From Promethearchaeota archaeon Loki_b32 (GTDB lineage Archaea; Asgardarchaeota; Lokiarchaeia; Sigyniarchaeales; SOKP01), in NCBI GenBank assembly GCA_005223125.1, contig NJBH01000002.1, forward strand, positions 160,001 through 224,000: 64,000 nucleotides of DNA. The letters are read 5' to 3'. This document shows, piece by piece, positions 61,145-64,000 of this stretch. The translations under genes and the position numbers were made by a program. The notes under the pieces are model-generated. The model had not been told where the DNA came from and ran no database searches. It saw only the letters and a list, made by a program, of their open reading frames with translations. The stretch's first letter is position 1, and each line of letters opens with the position of its first letter.

Positions 61145-61205
61145 TCTTTATTTTTACAATTATGTTTATATGATTAAAAATCCCATTATTAATAAGCGAA
61201 TAGAG
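61145..61205 (-). promoter_or_regulatory. 61-bp conserved upstream element, copy 2
   Basis: Copy of 56431-56491; lies 5' of the gene starting at 61124. Confidence 0.65.
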
Positions 61206-61331
61206 GCTATTACAAAACTAATTTAAAATGCGGTTGTCGTAATAATAGGCTTGAAATATACGAGCTTTTTAAGTTCGAAAATAATAAAAAAAGTAAAAAT
61301 AAAGAATTTGATTCTAAAAGGAGTAGTGATT

Positions 61332-61562
61332 TTAATCTTTCTTCTCTTCTTTTAAACCACTCTTTTCATAAGCTTTCTTTATTGCATCTTTTACTTTAGT
61401 CATTATTTGTGGACTTGTAGCTATTTATTGCATAATCGGAGAAACATCTAAGGGAGACATTTGTGCTTGTTTTGCTTTTATTACACTTTCTACTGTAATC
61501 TTCTTTTCTTCTAAACCTAATTTCTTTTCTTCTAAATCTAATCTTCTTTTTTCAAATTCTTG
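61332..61562 (-). pseudogene. 3' remnant of a coiled-coil gene cut at the island junction
   Basis: QEFEKRRLDLEEKKLGLEEKKITVESVIKAKQAQMSPLDVSPIMQ*IATSPQIMTKVKDAIKKAYEKSGLKEEKKD*; internal TAA at 61425-61427. Confidence 0.55.
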
Positions 61563-61840
61563 TTCCTAAATGCTTGAAAGACCTCGTCAACCAACGGAAT
61601 TTTTCTTCCATCTTTAGACTTGATTTTCTCAATCTCTTCGAAAGTTAATTTACTTATAGAGCTATATTTCTCACCTATTTTGAAATATCTATCATGAAAA
61701 CAAATTAACTTTTTATCTTTAGTTGCTCGAATATCTGTTTCAATTCCTGCTCCCATACTTATTGCTTTTTTAAAAGAAGGAATCGTATTCTCAATTTCAT
61801 ACCCCGAAGCTCCTCGATGAGCAAAAATATAAGGTTTCAT
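61538..61840 (-). pseudogene. glycerophosphodiester phosphodiesterase, 3'-truncated half
   Basis: 'IFAHRGASG...ENTI.SF..A', 'IETDIR.TKD...ICFHD'; runs into island sequence after 'QAFRN'. Confidence 0.9.
61563..61738 (+). repeat. 176-bp direct repeat, right copy
   Basis: Copy of 53912-54087. Confidence 0.95.
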
Positions 61841-61948
61841 TTTTTATAAAAAAAGCCTAGTTTTTGATTGAATAAGCTGAAAAAAATACTTTTTATTTAA
61901 ATCTAAATTACTAATATTACTTAATGTTTACTCAAGATTTTGATTAAT

Positions 61949-62791
61949 ATGACACAAGACAATGGAAGTAGCCAAACAGATGATAACCAAAATTTTTCAA
62001 CAAAATTGAAAAAATACTTTAAGAATTTATTTGATTTTTCTAATTACGATGTTAAAACTATTGTATACGTTATTTTATTTATAGTCTTAATTATAATATC
62101 CTTAGTTTTATTATATTTTATATTTTTTATAGATAATACAATATTGTACCGATTTGTAGTAGAATTTTTTGTAAATCCGGTCTACAACTTAGAATTTGTT
62201 GGTATCTTTTTATTTATAGCAATTATGGGAATTCAAGGGCTTCTTGTACCTCTGCCCTCAGAGTTAGTCTTATTAGCAACCGGAATGATTTGGGGTTGGT
62301 TTTTAGGGGGAATAATGGGAATTATTGGTTCAATGGCTGCAGCTGCGTTATGTTATTATGTAAGTAGACGTGGTGGACGCCCTTTGGCTGAAAAATTTGT
62401 TGGTGAAAAAGCTATTAATATTGCTGATGATTTCATTAGAAAGCATGGTATGATGGCAATTATTATCACACGGTTTATTCCATTTATTCCTTTTGATGTA
62501 ATATCCTACACTTCAGGATTGGTTGATATTGATGTGAAAAAATATTTAATAGGAACTTTGATTGGGTCTATCTTCAGAGCATTTTTTTATGCAACATTAG
62601 GATGGTTATTGTTTATGAGATATGATCTTCCACTCCCCCTAGACTTTGATCTTTTACCTTTAAATGTAATTATTGAGCAATCTAATTATTTCAATACTAT
62701 ATTAATAATAATTTTAGCAGGTCTAGGTCTAATGATAATCTTGTATTACCTGCTAATAAGAAAATTAGAAAAAAAAAAGGAATCTAATTAA
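61949..62791 (+). CDS. TVP38/TMEM64 (DedA/VTT) family membrane protein
   Basis: 'PLPSELV', 'YYVSRRGGRP', 'RFIPFIPFDVISY.SGL'. Confidence 0.92.
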   Translation: MTQDNGSSQTDDNQNFSTKLKKYFKNLFDFSNYDVKTIVYVILFIVLIIISLVLLYFIFFIDNTILYRFVVEFFVNPVYNLEFVGIFLFIAIMGIQGLLVPLPSELVLLATGMIWGWFLGGIMGIIGSMAAAALCYYVSRRGGRPLAEKFVGEKAINIADDFIRKHGMMAIIITRFIPFIPFDVISYTSGLVDIDVKKYLIGTLIGSIFRAFFYATLGWLLFMRYDLPLPLDFDLLPLNVIIEQSNYFNTILIIILAGLGLMIILYYLLIRKLEKKKESN

Positions 62792-62879
62792 TGAATAAAG
62801 AAGTTAACTATTATTAGAACTAATCTATAATATTGTGATATTACTCCTTTTTTTAAAAAATTGTAATAAATAGTAGCGT

Positions 62880-63053
62880 ATGGATGAAAATGAAAAAGAT
62901 TTCAAAGAAATTGATGTAAAGGGAAATTTTGAACTTATTGAAACAGAATTTTTCAAAGCACTCAATAAAGCCATAAGTACAAATAATATAAACACAATCT
63001 ATGGACTTTCAAAAATTTTCACTCGATATCTCTTTAAAAAATTAGATAATTAA
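62880..63053 (+). CDS. 57-aa hypothetical protein (below the track cut-off)
   Basis: MDENEKDFKEIDVKGNFELIETEFFKALNKAISTNNINTIYGLSKIFTRYLFKKLDN, read manually. Confidence 0.45.
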   Translation: MDENEKDFKEIDVKGNFELIETEFFKALNKAISTNNINTIYGLSKIFTRYLFKKLDN

Positions 63054-63317
63054 AGTTTTGTATATTTAAATTAAGTGATATTGATTTTTACTTCATTCTG
63101 GATAGAAGATTTTAGGACACATTTGTAAATGAACTTTCATATTTTTGTATAAAATTTGTTTTTTTTTGTGTACAAAGATTAATTTGTTCGTAACAATAGT
63201 ATAAAAAATTTTTGTTTTACGTTCATTTATTAATTGGAATTTTTATTAAAAAATTAAGTACAAGTAATTAAAAATTATAAAAATTAAGAAATAAAGATTT
63301 GAAAAATAGGAGGTTGT

Positions 63318-63578
63318 ATGATGACAGTTAGTCCACATCCACAAGACTATGAGAGAATTTTACAAGATAACCTAAAGTCTGAACTAGAATGGTTGGTAGA
63401 AGAATTTGAGCTACTTTTTAAAAATAAAAAAGAAAAAACAAAAGAAGTGCTAATGTTAGGAAATAAAATTCTAGATAATATCATTGACAATATTAAGACA
63501 AGCAACAGTGAAGAATTGATTAATCTACTAGCAATCACTTTAAACAACAATGAAACCTCTTATCCAGAATTCTTTTAA
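63318..63578 (+). CDS. small helical hypothetical protein
   Basis: AGGAGG SD; 86 aa. Confidence 0.7.
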   Translation: MMTVSPHPQDYERILQDNLKSELEWLVEEFELLFKNKKEKTKEVLMLGNKILDNIIDNIKTSNSEELINLLAITLNNNETSYPEFF

Positions 63579-63852
63579 TTGTTTTCACCTATTCGATTTC
63601 TCTTTTCTCTCAATTTGCATTATCATTTATAATTTTGCACTTTTCTAAACTAATTTAATTTTTTAATATCTAATGTTAGATGAATTTTATATTTTAACGT
63701 TATCTAAGATTGATTTCTAAAAAGATAATTTATTATAAGAAAAAAACCCAATATTAAAAAAGAAAAATAAAATTAAGGAACGCAAATTTACCTTAATTAT
63801 AAGAAAAGAAATTCATCAAATAATCAATTTGTAAATTAAATTAACCAAAATT

Positions 63853-64000
63853 ATGGAAAGAATAATTCTAACGCATTGGAGTTCATCGATCGGTCCAGAA
63901 CCAATTATACAGTATCCCCCCGAGAAACTCTTCCCTGCAAAAGATCTCTTCTTAAAAATCTGGGCGAAACATGAATTAAATAAAGAAAATTCCGTAATTG
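63853..64000 (+). CDS. N-terminus of a uDENN/longin-like protein (runs off the window end)
   Basis: MERIILTHWSSSIGPEPIIQYPPEK...; beta-strand followed by 'W....GP.....YP', as in uDENN/longin N-termini. Confidence 0.55.
   Translation, partial: MERIILTHWSSSIGPEPIIQYPPEKLFPAKDLFLKIWAKHELNKENSVI

Larger units (their letters stand above)
54088..61562. mobile_element. direct-repeat-flanked genomic island (putative defence island) inside the GDPD gene; no integrase
   Basis: Bounded by 176-bp repeats; cargo of HEPN-like, GIY-YIG and small membrane genes. Confidence 0.8.

Noticed and set aside
54088-61562. Integron cassette array interpretation of the island
   Set aside because: Genes are in mixed orientation, no integron integrase is present, and I could not find repeated attC-like inverted-repeat sites.
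107-63550. Many short track ORFs antisense to or overlapping long genes (e.g. 107-391, 6168-6386, 20517-20975, 34716-35328, 36044-36367, 57478-57822, 63347-63550)
   Set aside because: Shadow ORFs of well-supported genes; Ser/Phe/Ile-rich composition is typical of the reverse strand of AT-rich coding DNA.
1-64000. tRNA, rRNA, CRISPR array, IS elements
   Set aside because: No GC-rich structured RNA-like stretch, regularly spaced repeats, transposase ORF or terminal inverted repeats seen by eye; a covariance-model search would be needed to exclude small RNAs.

Overview
AT-rich, gene-dense archaeal chromosome segment, most consistent with an Asgard archaeon of the Lokiarchaeia type. This is inferred from three Rpn11/CSN5-like JAMM proteins, a tandem Roadblock protein, a uDENN/longin-like gene start, a PAC2 proteasome chaperone, an archaeal flavoprotein and GGTGA/GGAGG ribosome-binding motifs. 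Most of the window is housekeeping and metabolic genes: dut, acyl-CoA synthetase, gatC, MoxR-vWA pair, Fe-S proteins, iscS/iscU, mobA, beta-CASP nuclease, copA, cysteine synthase, fprA, chelatase-like AAA-vWA, ATP-grasp and PHP phosphatase. I found no tRNA, rRNA, CRISPR array, integrase or transposase. Highlights: (1) two inserts with no recombinase gene, each bracketed by long direct repeats of chromosomal sequence (152 bp at the fprA 3' end, 2.1 kb insert; 176 bp inside a split glycerophosphodiester phosphodiesterase gene, 7.65 kb insert), and each cutting a cargo gene at its right junction; (2) the larger insert is a putative defence island with four HEPN-like proteins, a GIY-YIG nuclease and membrane proteins; (3) a tandem pair of JAMM + long helical/coiled-coil proteins, plus a third JAMM gene nearby; (4) at least three genes that appear to start at ATT/ATA behind good SD motifs; (5) a single-base frameshift in a Fe-S gene. 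All family assignments come from motif recognition by eye, not database searches.
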